Below are positions 40,783 to 54,933 of a stretch of DNA of 64,000 nucleotides, piece by piece. A program made the position numbers and the translations under genes. The notes under the pieces are model-generated. The model was not told the DNA's origin. It was given only the letters and a program-made list of their open reading frames with translations, and made no database searches. Numbering within the stretch: position 1 is the stretch's first letter; each line of letters starts with the position of its first letter. This DNA is from Octopus vulgaris (lineage: Eukaryota). The stretch lies in assembly GCA_951406725.2 (NCBI GenBank), contig OX597831.1, positions 48,112,001 to 48,176,000 of the forward strand, written 5' to 3'.

Positions 40783-41574
40783 ATATATACATATATATAT
40801 ATACATCTGTGTCCATGCATGTGTGTATGTGTGTGTTCATGAGTGAACATGCAGGAATTTCAATATTTTACTTGTCATTGCTTGAGCAAAGTAGTATCAA
40901 TGTTAGCATTTTTCAAAGACATTATGACTGGCCATTTTGCACTTGTGAATACATGTACAGGTAGAATATAAAAATTCTTAACCTGAAAAGAAAAAAGAAA
41001 AGAAAATAACAGGTGAGGGCTGGCAATAGGAAGTGCATCCAGCTATAAAAATCCTACCTCGAAAATCAATTCTCGTTCAAGTCATGACAGAATGGGGGGG
41101 GGGGGAATGTATGTTAAGATGTGAATAAATGGATGAGAATCAATTTTTATTTTGCAATAAATAAAGATTAGCAAGAGATGAAGGAAATGCACACAGACTA
41201 GAATGTTCTAGCAGACGTTCAGGTAATTAAGGACTTAATAACTTGAGAGTCAATTTTTTACTTTGCTCAGGTGAAATATTGATCCATGGCTTTAAAAAAA
41301 TTTTTTTTTTTCTTTTGTTATTATTTATTGAGAAAATGTGGTGAGGTAACAGAATCGTTAGACTTTGTATTGGGATGAAGAAAGATGCATGGAAAGACAT
41401 ACATGTAGGTATACGGAAAGACTTGATGGTCATGTTTGGAAGGTCTTTTATCACAGCTTTTCCCAGCTCAGTGATAAATTGTAAAATAAAAGGGTGTAGT
41501 ATTGCTATATATTCATGTTTTGAATTTTGTCTCAATGTTAGATAAGAACATTTTACAGGTTAGTGATCAACTGA

Positions 41575-41832
41575 GGCACATTGCTCTGTGGTTAGAGCAC
41601 CAGGCTCACAATTATGAAGTTGTGAGTTCGATTCCTGGACCAGGCTGTGTGTTGTGTTCTTGAGTAAGACACTTTATTTCAATGTTACTCCAGTTCACTC
41701 AGCTGTAGAAATAAGTTGTGACATCACTGATGCCAAGCAGTACTGGCGTTTGCCATTCCCTTGGATAACATCAGTAGCATGGAGAAGGGAGCCTGGTATG
41801 CATGGGTGACTGCTGATCTTCCAAAAACAACC
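41575..41832 (+). mobile_element. SINE family C variant
   Basis: tggttagagcacc...gagttcgattcctggacc...ttgagtaagacac...ccagttcactcagctg. Confidence 0.75.
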
Positions 41833-43016
41833 CTGGTGTTTTTTCCATCTGGTTAAGAAGATTACTTCTCAACAATGGGGGTCTAGGTGAGTTTTGGACA
41901 AGTGTCTTCCACTTTTGTCTAGGGTTGACCAATGCCTTATGAATGTAATTTGATAGACAGAAATTGTGTGGAAGTTTGCTACTGATATATATTCAGTGCT
42001 TGGGAACTGGTTGCTAATGATTTGCAATTTATGATGAAATAACATGATGCAACAGTTCCATCTGCCAGAGCTAATGAAATTTTGTCAGTTGATATAACCT
42101 GCACTTTTTAGCACATAAAGTCTATGTGATTCCTCAGATGGTTACTGTATTCGATGGCATTCAAAGCAACATATCAAAGTTCAGTTGGTTGTATTAATTA
42201 ATATTTGTAATGAAGGCTTCTTTCATCGCTAATAGTTAATATATTTATGCAAATATATGGTTTGAATGTACAGAAAACAAAAGACAGAGAAAGGTGAGGG
42301 AACAACAAGCAGATGTATTAGTTTGGTGTTCAGACGTCAGTAGATGATGAAAGAATAAAATATAAACATAGGAATTCTATGTCAGGCCAACTAGAAACAT
42401 AAAAATTCTATACCATGATAATTAATTATCTATCTATCAAATATGCTAAACATTTTTAGAAAAATTACACATATTGTATTGTATGAAAAGCTATTATAAT
42501 TAATGGGTAATTTAGAATTGAAATATTTAAATACTTTTCAATATTTGTGAGAACATTTCAATGTAAAATTACCTTTATAATTCAATATTTATTTAGAAGT
42601 AATTATGTAATACATTTCCTCAAGGCAAAGATTACATTTAAAATTACCAGTATTGTATGATGGAGCATAACTAATAATGGACCACTTAAATCAAAATTAA
42701 TGTTCCTATCTTTTAATTCTCAAATGCATTTACTACAATTCACAGAATTACATTTTCTCCTGTATTTAAATCAGTGAGAATGATTATGAAATTTACATTT
42801 CCAAAGTGTAGCAAATGAACCTATGTAATAATATGCATAATCCCCTGTTATTACCTCATATTGATACACTATATTCTTCATTAAACATTGGCTTTGTAAA
42901 GGACAGATTATTTTGCTTTTAAAATTACAAAGAAATTTATTCACATGAATGAGGTACTTGTGCTTAAAAGAACTAGTACTAATCCTCCTCCCAGAATTAG
43001 GTGTTAAGGCCAGATT

Positions 43017-43345
43017 ATCATCATCATCATCGTTTAACGTCTGTTTTCCATGCTGGCATGTGTTGGACGGTTTGATTAGGTCTGGAGAGCCAGCAGCTGC
43101 ACCAGGCTCCAATCTAATCTGGCAATGTTTCTACAGTTGGATGCCCTTCCTAATGCCAACCACTTCGAGAGTGTAGGGGGTGCTTTTTATGTGCCACTGG
43201 CAGAGGAGCCAGTCAGGAGGCACTGGCATCAGCCACATTCAGATGGTGCTTATTACATTTCACCAGCATGGGAGCCAATCAGGGGTCACTGGCCACAGTA
43301 TGATTTTGGTTTTACTTGACACAAGTCTTCTCAAGCATATCATAT
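43017..43345 (-). mobile_element. Repeat family D
   Basis: Family D landmarks present. Confidence 0.8.
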
Positions 43346-43541
43346 CAGTATTATATTTAATATTATTACTGGTCATACATGGGGAATTACCTTGGATGTT
43401 TATTCTAGTTGTATTTCTTGGTACCTGATTGTAGGATATATTTAACCAAATTTGTTAATCCTTTTTACTTCATATATATTTATATATATATACATAGATA
43501 CATACATTCTTCCCGTCCCTGCCACATTTATATTCTAAATA

Positions 43542-43711
43542 ATTAATATGGAAGACAGAGTATGCTGGAAACTTTATTTATCATAACGATCATTGTGATA
43601 AATAAAGTTTCCAGCGTACTCTGTTTTCCATATTAATTATAATTAATATGGAAAACAGAGTACCAATTGAGTATATTCTAAATAATTATTTAGAATATAC
43701 TCAATTGATAC
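43542..43711. repeat. Two adjacent near-perfect palindromes
   Basis: attaatatggaagacagagtatgctggaaactttatttatca/tgataaataaagtttccagcgtactctgttttccatattaat, and caattgagtatattctaaataa/ttatttagaatatactcaattg. Confidence 0.85.
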
Positions 43712-43864
43712 TGAAGAATTCTTAATATAGATACAGCAATGAACGTACATTTACTGCGGATGACACCAGGTAGACATTAGAGGTGAATGTGCTCTACCAG
43801 CACACCACTAGTGATGCTAAATTTTAAATTTCAAACGATTCTGTAATTATAAATTTTGTGTGTG

Positions 43865-44272
<408 letters not shown>

Positions 44273-44564
44273 TATATATACACACACACACACACAAATA
44301 CACACACACACACACACACACATACACGCGCACGTACACACGCTCACAGAAGCAAGTAGACAAATGAAAGTGGCATTCAACTCATTTGGTAGAAGCTACA
44401 TGTATCATTTAATAACAGTTTGTCTCAGTTCCATGCAACCTAAAGTTTTGTAATCTTGCAGCAAAACCCTAGATAGTCAGGCATATGAGATTAAGTAACA
44501 GAATAACCTGTTGCTGGTCTGCTATAAGTGTTATTAAATAATATATATATACACATACATTTGA

Positions 44565-45095
44565 GTGTGGCTGTGCTGGACCACTGCCTTGAAGGATTTT
44601 AGTTGAAGAAATCAACCCCAGGGCTTATTTTTAAGCCTAATACTTATTTATCAGTCTCTTTTGCTGAACCACTAAGTCACTAAGGGACTTAAACATAGCA
44701 ACACTGATTGTCAAGTGGTGGTGGGCGAGAACAGAGACACAAAGATACAACAAACACATATAGGTATTTACATACATATACATATACAATAGGTTTCTTT
44801 CACTTTCCATCTACCAAATCCATTCACAAGGCTTTGGTCAGTCCAAGGCTATAGAAGAAGACACTTGCCCAAGATGTCACACAATGGGACTGAACCCGGA
44901 GCCATGTGGTTGGGAAGCAAGTTTCTTACTACACAACTGCCTTGAAGGGTTCAGTGAAGCAAATTGATCCCAGTACATATTTTTTATAGTCTGGTACTTA
45001 TTCTATTAGTCAGTTTTGCCAAACTGCTAAGCTATAGGAATGTAAACAAAGCAACACTGGTTGCCAAGCTGTGGAAGGAGAAACTCAAAGACACT
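44565..45095 (-). mobile_element. Diverged SINE family A copy plus adjacent family A fragment
   Basis: actgccttgaagg... occurs at about 44583 and 44936, each followed by family A body sequence. Confidence 0.7.
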
Positions 45096-45202
45096 CACAC
45101 ACACACACACACACGTGCGCATCATCATCATCATTTAAAGTCTGCCTTCCATGCTGGCATGGTTTTATGTATACAGTATATATATATGAATATATACACA
45201 CA

Positions 45203-45243
<41 letters not shown>

Positions 45244-45454
45244 AGGCAAAATAACATGAATGGAACCTGGGGAACAGGAGATTGGACAGTTGGACAACAT
45301 GAGAGATTATCAACAAGTGGACAAAAATTTAAAAAGTGATGGGCAAAAATGTAAACACCACACACACAAAATGAACTTTGTAAGTTGTGCACAGTGAATT
45401 TCCAATCACAAAAGGAATATACTCATATATGTGTGTGTGTGTGTGTGTGTTTGA

Positions 45455-45955
45455 AGGTATGTAGCCAAGTTGTTAGAGTGTTACATTCATGATCTCTAGA
45501 TCGTGTGTTTGATTCCCAGACCAAGCAGTGCTTTGTGCTCTTGTGCAAAACACTTCATTTTACATCGGTTCAGTCCACTCGGCTGTAATTGGGTGACCCT
45601 GTGACAGACTAGCTCTCTGGTCAATGAGTATGTAGGCCTGCTCACCTCGCCAGCAGGATGCTGTCAGCTGAAAGCCAAAATGATGCAAAGTGCATTTTGA
45701 GCATGTAGAGGTGTGTAGCTTAGTGGTTGGAGTGTTGGTCTCATGATCGTAAGATTCTGGTTTCAATTCTTGAACCAGACAACATATTGTGTTTTTGAGC
45801 AAAACACTTCATTTCATGCTGCTCCAGTCCACTCAGCTGGCAAAAATGAGTTATCCTGTGACAGACTGGCCTCCCATCCAGGTGGGGAACTTACATGCCA
45901 TGGAAACTGGGAAACTAGCCCTTATGGTTCAGCAAGACTCAAGAAGATAACTCTT
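45455..45955 (+). mobile_element. Two tandem SINE family C-type copies
   Basis: Two tRNA-like heads (about 45458 and 45710), each followed by gcaaaacacttcattt..cagtccactc.gctg. Confidence 0.7.
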
Positions 45956-46019
45956 CTTCATTATGACCATTCATGTGTAACATCTTGTTGTGTGTACGAA
46001 TATATACTCTCTCTCTCTC

Positions 46020-46227
46020 TCTTTTACTCTTTTACTTGTTTCAGTTATTTGACTGCGGCCATGCTGGAGCACCACCTTTAGTCGAACAAATCGACCCCGG
46101 GACTTATTCTTTGTAAGCCCAGTACTTATTCTATCGGTCTCTTTTGCCAAACCGCTAAGTGACGGGGATGTAAACACACCAGCATCAGTTGTCAAGCAAT
46201 GCTAGGGGGACAAACACAGACACACAA

Positions 46228-46286
<59 letters not shown>

Positions 46287-46450
46287 TACGACAGGCTTCT
46301 TTCAGTTTCCGTCTACCAAATCCACTCACAAGGCATTGGTCGGCCCGGGGCTATAGCAGAAGACACTTGCCCAAGATGCCATGCAGTGGGACTGAACCCG
46401 GAACCATGTGGTTGGTTAGCAAGCTACTTACCACACAGCCACTCCTGCGC
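46020..46450 (-). mobile_element. SINE family A, full length (same subfamily as 3054-3476)
   Basis: Shares the diagnostic variants gaccccgggac, gtaagcccag, ctaagtgacgggg and ggttggttagc. Confidence 0.9.
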
Positions 46451-46724
46451 CTTATATAGTGATTTGTTATGAGATTTTTAGAATAATAATTATAAGATAT
46501 GCAATTAATTTCTATGTGGTTATTATAGATAATATCATTTCACTATTGATGGAATAACTAAACAGCAGTTTGTCTCTAAATTCTATATATATATATATGT
46601 ATATATATAATATATTGTGAATTTTTGATTTAGTGTGATAAATTGAATTTTTTTCCCTGTTGGCTTGGAATTATTATATTCACTTACTATTAATAATATT
46701 AATATATATATATATATATATATA

Positions 46725-46890
46725 TAATATGTGACAATTATTCAGTTGTCATAATAAAACCCTGAGTTTTGGATGTCGGGGCGGAAGCCTGCACCGGCAT
46801 CTCTTCAGTTATCAAGGCAATCAAAATGTGCTACTCCGACATCCACAACTCGGAGTTTTACTATGGCAACTGAATAATTGTCACATATTA
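46725..46890 (-). ncRNA. Palindromic element containing a degenerate hammerhead-like motif
   Basis: Arms of about 55 bp. Minus strand tgataa-CTGAAGA-GATGcCGG..CCGaCATC-C-AAAAC-TCAG..CTGAATA-A-TTGTCA, with candidate stems I, II and III. Confidence 0.55.
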
Positions 46891-46982
46891 TATTACAGAT
46901 AAATTCCTCTATTTACATATTATCGAGGTCTCTTTCATTCTTTTGTTGCCTTACCATTACTATTAATATATATATATATATG

Positions 46983-47024
<42 letters not shown>

Positions 47025-47035
47025 TATACACACAC

Positions 47036-47170
47036 ACAATGGGCTTCCATACAATTTCCATTCATCACCTCTGGTCTATAATAGAAGATGTCATCTAATG
47101 TGCTCAGCAGAGGAACTGAACTTGAAGCCACATGGTTGTGAAGTGCACTTCTTAACCACACAACCATGCC
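47036..47170 (-). mobile_element. SINE family A, diverged head fragment
   Basis: gggcttcc...gaactgaacttgaagccacatggttg...aaccacacaaccatgcc. Confidence 0.6.
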
Positions 47171-48689
47171 TGGATCTGGCTATACAAAAAGATGAAATGG
47201 TAACAGATGAAATACCTCTGATCACAGCTTTGTTCAGTCGTGGCTGATCTGTGGTTAAAGAACAACCAGTTAGTCTATTCATGAAGCTGGTGGTTGGTTT
47301 CTAGAATTCATTGTTCATGGGTGCAAGCCCTTTCACAGGAATTGTTCAGTGCTCTTCATTAATTCCCCAATTCCTCATACTTAACGAGAGATTAATTATC
47401 AAACTTAATTCTTAGTTGACTGGTTTCCATTTTCAGAGAAGCATGTAATTTATATGTATGTATAAAATAAATTATATAAAAAACATACTTATTTCCATAT
47501 CTGAAAATAGAATGACTTAAGAATTTATTAAATCTAAACTTTAAGAAGTTACAGTTAACTAAAACTATATTTTTGTATATGTTTTGTTTATTTTTTTCTT
47601 TCCCATATTTATATTTTAAATACACACTGCGTGTGAGAAAATCTTTACTAATTCATGTCTGGGTTATTATTATTGTTATTATTATTATCATCATTATTAT
47701 TGCTGTTGTTGTAGTTATGATTTATGTAAAGAGTGAACAAATATTGAAAGCAGTTTCAATGAAATACTTCCTTTTCAACTTTTATACGAAGAAAACAACA
47801 ACAATAACGACACTAACAACAAGAAGAACAGAGAGAACAATGATGCCTACAAATAACAATGGAAACCATTACATAAAACAACAATAACAATGATTTTAAC
47901 TACATTTGTTGCAAAATCCACAAAAAGAAATATACATATTTTATAGCAAAAAAAAAAAAAAGAAAAACAAGCAAAAAAAAACACCCAAAATAAACAGTCA
48001 AATATGATATTGAATCCTGTTGGAAAATGATCTTGTTCTTGAATCATTGTTTAAATAGTCCAACTGAAAGATAATTTTGTAAAGAAATGGAGAAATAAAA
48101 ATTAATAATTCATTTACAGGAACAAATATAGAAAATTTAAAGGAAAAGAAATAACAAAGTGATAAGTAAAAAAAGAAAATAAAAAAACATGAAATTGAGA
48201 GAGAGCTTGCATAAAAATTAAAATTTTGCAAGAATTATCATATTCATATTTATTTTTTTTTTGATACATTAAAGATTGAAAAGAATAATTTCCATAATAA
48301 TATTTGTTAAATAGAACAAAATATTTATTATTATTGTACTCTAGAGAAAATTATGTGTGTGTGCATATATATATGCACACGCATACACAAACATGCATAC
48401 ACACACACACACTACACACTCATACAAATATATGCAAGAGTGGAAAAGGAGATGTTAAAATACTGATGATGATAATGTATGTATGTGTGTGTGTAAGTGT
48501 GAATATATATGTATATTCACATATACACACCCATGTATATATATGCATGTATCATCATCATCTTCACCATTGATATCACATCTACTTTTCCATGCTTGCA
48601 TATATTTATATGTGTGTGCACGTGTGTGTATGTGTGTATGCATATACATACATATATATGTATATGTATATCTATATATATATGTATAT

Positions 48690-48742
<53 letters not shown>

Positions 48743-48753
48743 ATATATATATA

Positions 48754-48835
48754 CTAGCAGAGAGACACCCGGCATTGCCCGGGAATGAAATGTGTCCTTA
48801 CCTATTGGAAGAAAAAAGCAAAATGTGTTGTATAG

Positions 48836-48871
<36 letters not shown>

Positions 48872-50190
48872 CAAAAATACAAAATTTACCACTTTTATGA
48901 AAGGAGATGAATTCTACCAAATATGTTGAAGAAAATTATATAAGAGCTTCTGGGTAAACAACATTCTTTGTTTTCTGGTTTGCAAACTACCTACCCTGGA
49001 GCAACCAACAAAGCTGACCATGAGAAAAGCAAGCCATTAGATTTCAAAGACTGACCGTGAGCCTTATTAGTAGACATTGCAAAGCAAAGTCACACTGGGA
49101 GTTGTGTTTGTTTGAACTCAAACGGCATGTCTGTTGGTTTGATTGGAATTCTTGGAATGAAAACCTCTTCCCCAGAGACACAACCAGTGATGATGGTAGC
49201 TTCTGTCACAATTGGTGATAATGTCTTCACAATTAATCTTGTCCCATTGCATAATTTAGGAGAATCTAAATTTCTTAGAAGCCTTATTGGGACTCCTACC
49301 TTCAGAAAAAGTTTATGTGGAGGAATTCCAGGTGGCTCAAGAGAATTAAGGAACTCTGTTGGATAATGGACAGCTTGATTTTCATCAAGGACTGAATCAA
49401 CTGATTTGTACTTGTTAATGACTGTTGGAATCCTATTCATTAATTCATGGCTAATTCTTGCTACTGCCTCATTTTTTGGAGAAAGAATTGCCCTTTCACA
49501 CAACAATTTATGTGAATTATAATTATTACTTAAGTCTGGCAATACCCTGTTCTTCAATTCATTTGGGGGATTCACCATGATAGCAATATGACCCAAACTG
49601 ATATCACCATTCCCATCAAATGGGACTTTCCCATTTCCTAATTGGAGAAGCCTGGTTAAAACTATTCTGCACATTGGTGCCCATGTAATGAAGCTCGCAC
49701 ATTAGTACTAAAGGAGAATTTCAGTGCTTTATTCCATAGGTGTAAAAACTTAATGCATGCTTTTATTTCATCAGATCTTGTTCGTCTCAGAATGAGTGGT
49801 AATGTCTGTGTGAAGTCTCTTGATAAAGCTAATGTAACTTCTTCCATAAATTTATTGTTGCATGTGATGTCCAGTAAGGCCTTATCAAGAGCTTCCATTG
49901 CACCTTAATGTGACATGGTGTATTCATCCCAAATAAGGTGGCATTGGCACAACACGTCTGCTGAACCTGAATCTTTGCTTATGTTACAAATTGGACTGTC
50001 ATTTGTGACCAGGTTTAGAGGTAAATTTAAAAGCAGAATGAGCTGTTTGTCCTCCTGGGAGAATGGTACAGCAAATGCAAATTTTTTTGTTACTTTACTT
50101 TGGAGATAAGCAATGTTACAAATATAAATGTTTTACCTGCATCACCAGGAGCATCAAGAAAGAAAATTTCTCTGCTTTTTCCTGACGATT
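48754..50190 (-). mobile_element. Helitron 3' portion
   Basis: Minus-strand 3' end: hairpin cccgggcaatgccggg, then CTAG|T at 48754-48757. The helicase remnant lies upstream. Confidence 0.9.
48940..50170 (-). pseudogene. Helitron PIF1-family helicase, frameshifted
   Basis: Walker A FFLDAPGDAGKTF (about 50125-50165), LIWDEYTMSH, EALDKAL..DFTQTLP, ERAILSPKN, YPTEFLNSL..GIPPHKLFLKVG..LLRNL..LCNGTRL, FIPRI. No Rep/HUH domain is seen. Confidence 0.9.
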
Positions 50191-50411
50191 GTCATATGCC
50201 ACACACACACACATACACACACAGATACATATACATACAATATCGATCATCAGATGAAATGGATATGTGTGTGAGAGAGAGAGAGAGAGAGTGAGTGAAG
50301 GGGTGTGATGTCATGTATATGTATATACATAAAGAAATAGGCATACATCTTTCTTGTATGTATGTGAGCGTATGTGTGTGAGAGAGAGAGTGCCACTTAG
50401 ACATCATTCTG

Positions 50412-50470
<59 letters not shown>

Positions 50471-50670
50471 AAAAGATGTATTCATATGTATTTATGTATG
50501 TATTAATACATGACAACACACCCCTTCACTCACTCACACACACAGACACACATACCACACATAAATGTATACAAACGTACATACAAAAATACGTGTGTGT
50601 GTATGTGTGTGTGTGTGACTGAATAAAAATACATAGAGCTGAACACGGCATGAAAAAGAAAATAGATAAA

Positions 50671-51345
50671 AGCTAGAAAAGCACTTGGAGGGTGCAGACC
50701 TCCACCAAGCTCTTTTTAAGATAGATATGCAAGTAAAATTACTAATAGAGAAACAAAAATAAACTTTGGAAACAGCAACGCCACCATATATTACGTGGAA
50801 ACGATGAACGTGTTTTTAAGGGAGATAATCAAAGAACGTAACATTGTAATACTTCATGTAAAGTAAATATAACAAATGAGAAATCCTTCAAGAATCCATA
50901 GAAATTCCCGGATCACTACCAAAATTTCATCATCTGTTCCTTGTATCATTAACAACTTTGGATCTTTTCCTTTTGAAAGCCAGATTTTCCTAGTAACAAT
51001 ATGTTTAGACGGGGCAAATAATTTCAACTGAATACAGAGAATACGATTGGTTAAAATTCGCAGATTTAAACTACGTATAAACTTATAAAATACATTTTTG
51101 TCAAAAAAACTAGTTGAAATTATTGTTTTCTTTTGACACATTCTACCAGTATACGAAGTTTCAAATTATTTAGTTAACTAGAAAAATCTGAAAAATCTGG
51201 CTTTCAAAAAGAAAAGATCCACAACTTTTCCTGCAAATTACATCAAATACTGTTCGCAACTTTTTGAGTTATTTTGCACACAGACGGACAGATGAACAAA
51301 CCAATGCCGATGAAAATATAACCTCCTTCCTTGGCAGAGGTAAAA
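50671..51345 (+). mobile_element. Helentron-associated (HINE-like) non-autonomous element with a nested inverted-repeat insert
   Basis: Sub-terminal IR acctccaccaag (50698) versus cttggcagaggt (51330) within a 3' hairpin, preceded by a cagacggacaga repeat. Internal TIR pair at about 50959-50998 and 51173-51223. Confidence 0.6.
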
Positions 51346-51468
51346 ATTTACGTAAAGTAATGAAGTGTGTGAGTTCCAGCAAAATGATGCCCATACTTTT
51401 TGGATGTGCCATGTTGAATTGCAAAATTGGAACGTGATATTTGTGTAATAAAGAAATCAAACCGGGAG

Positions 51469-51509
<41 letters not shown>

Positions 51510-52207
51510 ATTGCAAACAATGAATGAGATGAACAGGGAATGAAAAAATCATATAAATAAAAGCACGTTGAAAAGTATCTTGTATCAAATATTTAAATTT
51601 GTGAACTTGGTAAATATTCCTTTCAGTAATTTATCGTAGTTGTTTACAAATAGCAAATTAAAACTTGAAATGAAAACCTTAAAATTAGACAGGGACAGAC
51701 TTCGTCGTTTTTATGTCAATACCAGAAGTTGACATTGAGAAACCTTTTTAAAGAAGTGAAATTAATCTAATAATATTCCAAGGTATATTTGTAGAGAATT
51801 TCATTAAAAGTATCCATTTTCTTGAAAGTTAAGACGAATTGAAGTAGACTCATTCTCCTGAAAGTTATGATCATCGAAATTTGATGGGTGGGGGGGGGAC
51901 AGAAATCTGTAGTTATTGCAACAAATTTGACAATTTCCTTCTACACATGGTTATACATGTATGCAGAAATACACGAGGGCAGAAGATAGTAAACAATCAG
52001 AATAACTTGGTAACGGAAATTATGTTTCTTTATACGACGGGCAGAAAGTAAATGAGAAATTGTAATGTGACATTTTCCCCTCTATCACTTCTAGCACATC
52101 TCTTAACATATCACATCACATCATCCACTGTGCCACAGTTGTCCTTACCTATTTTCTTTTATTGCATGTGTATTCTGGCTTTGGGGCAGGTAAGTTACAT
52201 CCCTGCA

Positions 52208-52432
52208 CCTCCTGTTAGCATTCAGATTAATTTGTCAAATGTAATGCTTATTTAATCACATTGTTTTGAATTAATCATGCATTGTCTTGTAGCTTTAAGA
52301 TTTCAATGATGATCGTTTATTTTTAGAATGACAGTGTAGGGTAAGTGTGAAAAGTCAGACCTGGCCAGTTTGAGCATAAAACAAGCAGAATATTTAGGCC
52401 TGATATGGTTGATTTAAATGTTAAAGGGCTAA
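52208..52432. mobile_element. piggyBac-like MITE
   Basis: ttagcattcaga ... tttaaatgttaaagggctaa (AAAGGG-TTAA-like end). A reverse homolog lies at 62220-62332. Confidence 0.6.
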
Positions 52433-52751
52433 AGGTGACTAAGAATGTTGAAAGGTTTATGACAAGAAGGGCATCTGGGTATTGGATAATGCATCCAATC
52501 TGCACCAATATGGAAATTAAATTAACATGCAACAGCTTCTACCTAGTATTGAATAATATCACAAAATATATCAATAGAAACGAATTAAATATTGTATTTC
52601 AGTCAATATTTCATGTTGAAACACACAGTACAAATAAAACTCAATGAAAGCCCCTCTAGACAATTGTTAGATGTGTTAGAAATACAAGCCAAATTTCTCT
52701 GACGTTACACCTTACAATCTTAAAAATAACGTGCCTGTGTGTGTGTATAAA

Positions 52752-52782
<31 letters not shown>

Positions 52783-53264
52783 TTAATGCTAGGCATATGT
52801 GAACAAGCTTTAACAGGCAATAAATGGAAGATAACCTTGTGTAATGCTTTGCTGCACATGCCAAGTTTTAACTTATTTCTCTTGCAGTCATTAACAGTAT
52901 CAACATGGCTGATTCCAATCTGGTACAGGAAAGAGAAAGAGTATGCCATACTCAAAGCTCTTCAGAAATTGCCAGCTTCTTGAATGTGGCTGTTTCCTTC
53001 ATGTTCAAGGTTGGGAAAGAGCTAAAGAGCTCCATTCCTCTGTGTGTTTGTGCATATGTGTATGAAGTTTAGCATTGCAGGCATTATCAGGATGACTGAG
53101 TTTATCCAGCAGATTTGGGATATCACCAACGACAAACCTGGTAATTTGAGGCAGGCCATTACAGAGCAGTTCAAATGGGTGACTCCATTGACAGATTTTT
53201 GGTACTCAGGGATATTAAGCACATGTCCAACATAATGAAAGGACTGTATGCCTAGTAGGACTCC

Positions 53265-53621
53265 TTTTATCTTTTACTTGTTTCATTCATTGGACAGTGG
53301 CCATGCTGGAGCACCTCTTCATAGGTTTTTGTTGAACAGATCAACCACCACACTACTTATTGTTAAGTCTGGTACTTATTCTGTTAGTCTCTTTCATTGA
53401 ACTGCTAAGTCAAGTGGTGGTAGTGCAACAAACGTAGTGACACACCTACACACAAATGCACACACCAACACACACACACATACACAAGCACACACATGCA
53501 CGCACACACACATACATGCACACACACATGCATGCACACACACATACAAACATGCACACACACACCTATACACACACATGCATGCACGCTCATGCACATA
53601 CACATGCACACACACACACAC

Positions 53622-53661
<40 letters not shown>

Positions 53662-53792
53662 TCTACCAAATTCATTTGCAAGGCATTTGTTGGGCTCTGA
53701 GCTATAATTAAAGACATATTCCCAAGGAGCCACGGCAGTGGGACAGGGCCCCAAAACAACACGCTTGTAACATGAGCGTTTTTAACCACACA
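53265..53792 (-). mobile_element. Diverged SINE family A with expanded CA tract
   Basis: Tail at 53265-53440 and head at 53653-53792. Confidence 0.7.
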
Positions 53793-54576
53793 CCCATTGC
53801 TGCATGATCCCTGAACATCATTTGATGGTCTGAGCTCCCTCTCCACTGAATCTCCTGGATTACTTCATCAGATATGTGCTGCTGGCTCCACACCAGCAAG
53901 GACAGATCATGGGCTAATGAGGAGAGCAGCATGGATAGCAACCACTTGATCCTAACGTGCACTTGATTCTGTAGTTACATAGGCCCTGTCACCAATGCTG
54001 AGAACAGTTCTGCTCAATGGTCTGCTTCTTTGATATGCTTTTGCTGAATGATTGTGTTGTTTCCTCTGAGAATATCTTTTGTGTTTGTGTATTTTTGGTG
54101 TCTTTGTTCCTTTTGTGTTTTGTTCTGTTCACAAATGTCCAATGCACCCTATGTAGTGATGTATTGATTGAGTAAGCAAGCTACCATGTTATAAATTAAT
54201 AATATAGATTATCAGCTTTCAGTTTGCCTACCTTTCTATTTAACTATACGTTTATACATAAATATATACATTCACCCATGATATATGCATATGTGTGTTT
54301 GTGTGTGTGTGTGCGTGCATGTGTATACACATATGTATTCTTTTAGTCTTTTACTTGTTTTAGTCATTAGACTGCAACCATACTGGGATGCCAACTTGAA
54401 GAATGTATACGTATATACATATATGTGTGTGTGTATATATATATATATAATTATCAATAATAATATAGGGTGAAATTAATTAATTTGGAATAATCATTAA
54501 TTTCACCAAGTAGATTTCAGCATGTAAAAGCCCCATTCAAGGAAGGTTTAAGTAATACTAAGTAATTAAGGGTTTT

Positions 54577-54675
54577 GCAACGATTTGCCTCACCACACAC
54601 CGAATTTAGTAAAGAATAGCCATAACTCTTTGACTGCTATTTCTAAATTCGGTGTGTGGTGAGGCAAATCGTTGC
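54577..54675. repeat. Palindrome with arms of about 33 bp
   Basis: gcaacgatttgcctcaccacacaccgaatttag / ctaaattcggtgtgtggtgaggcaaatcgttgc. Confidence 0.9.
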
Positions 54676-54693
54676 TAATCGCTTAATTACTTA

Positions 54694-54737
<44 letters not shown>

Positions 54738-54829
54738 GCATATATATATATGTATATACATACATACACATAAATACATACATACATATATATGTATATA
54801 TATATATACACACACATACATATATACAT

Positions 54830-54866
<37 letters not shown>

Positions 54867-54877
54867 AATATATACAT

Positions 54878-54930
<53 letters not shown>

Positions 54931-54933
<3 letters not shown>

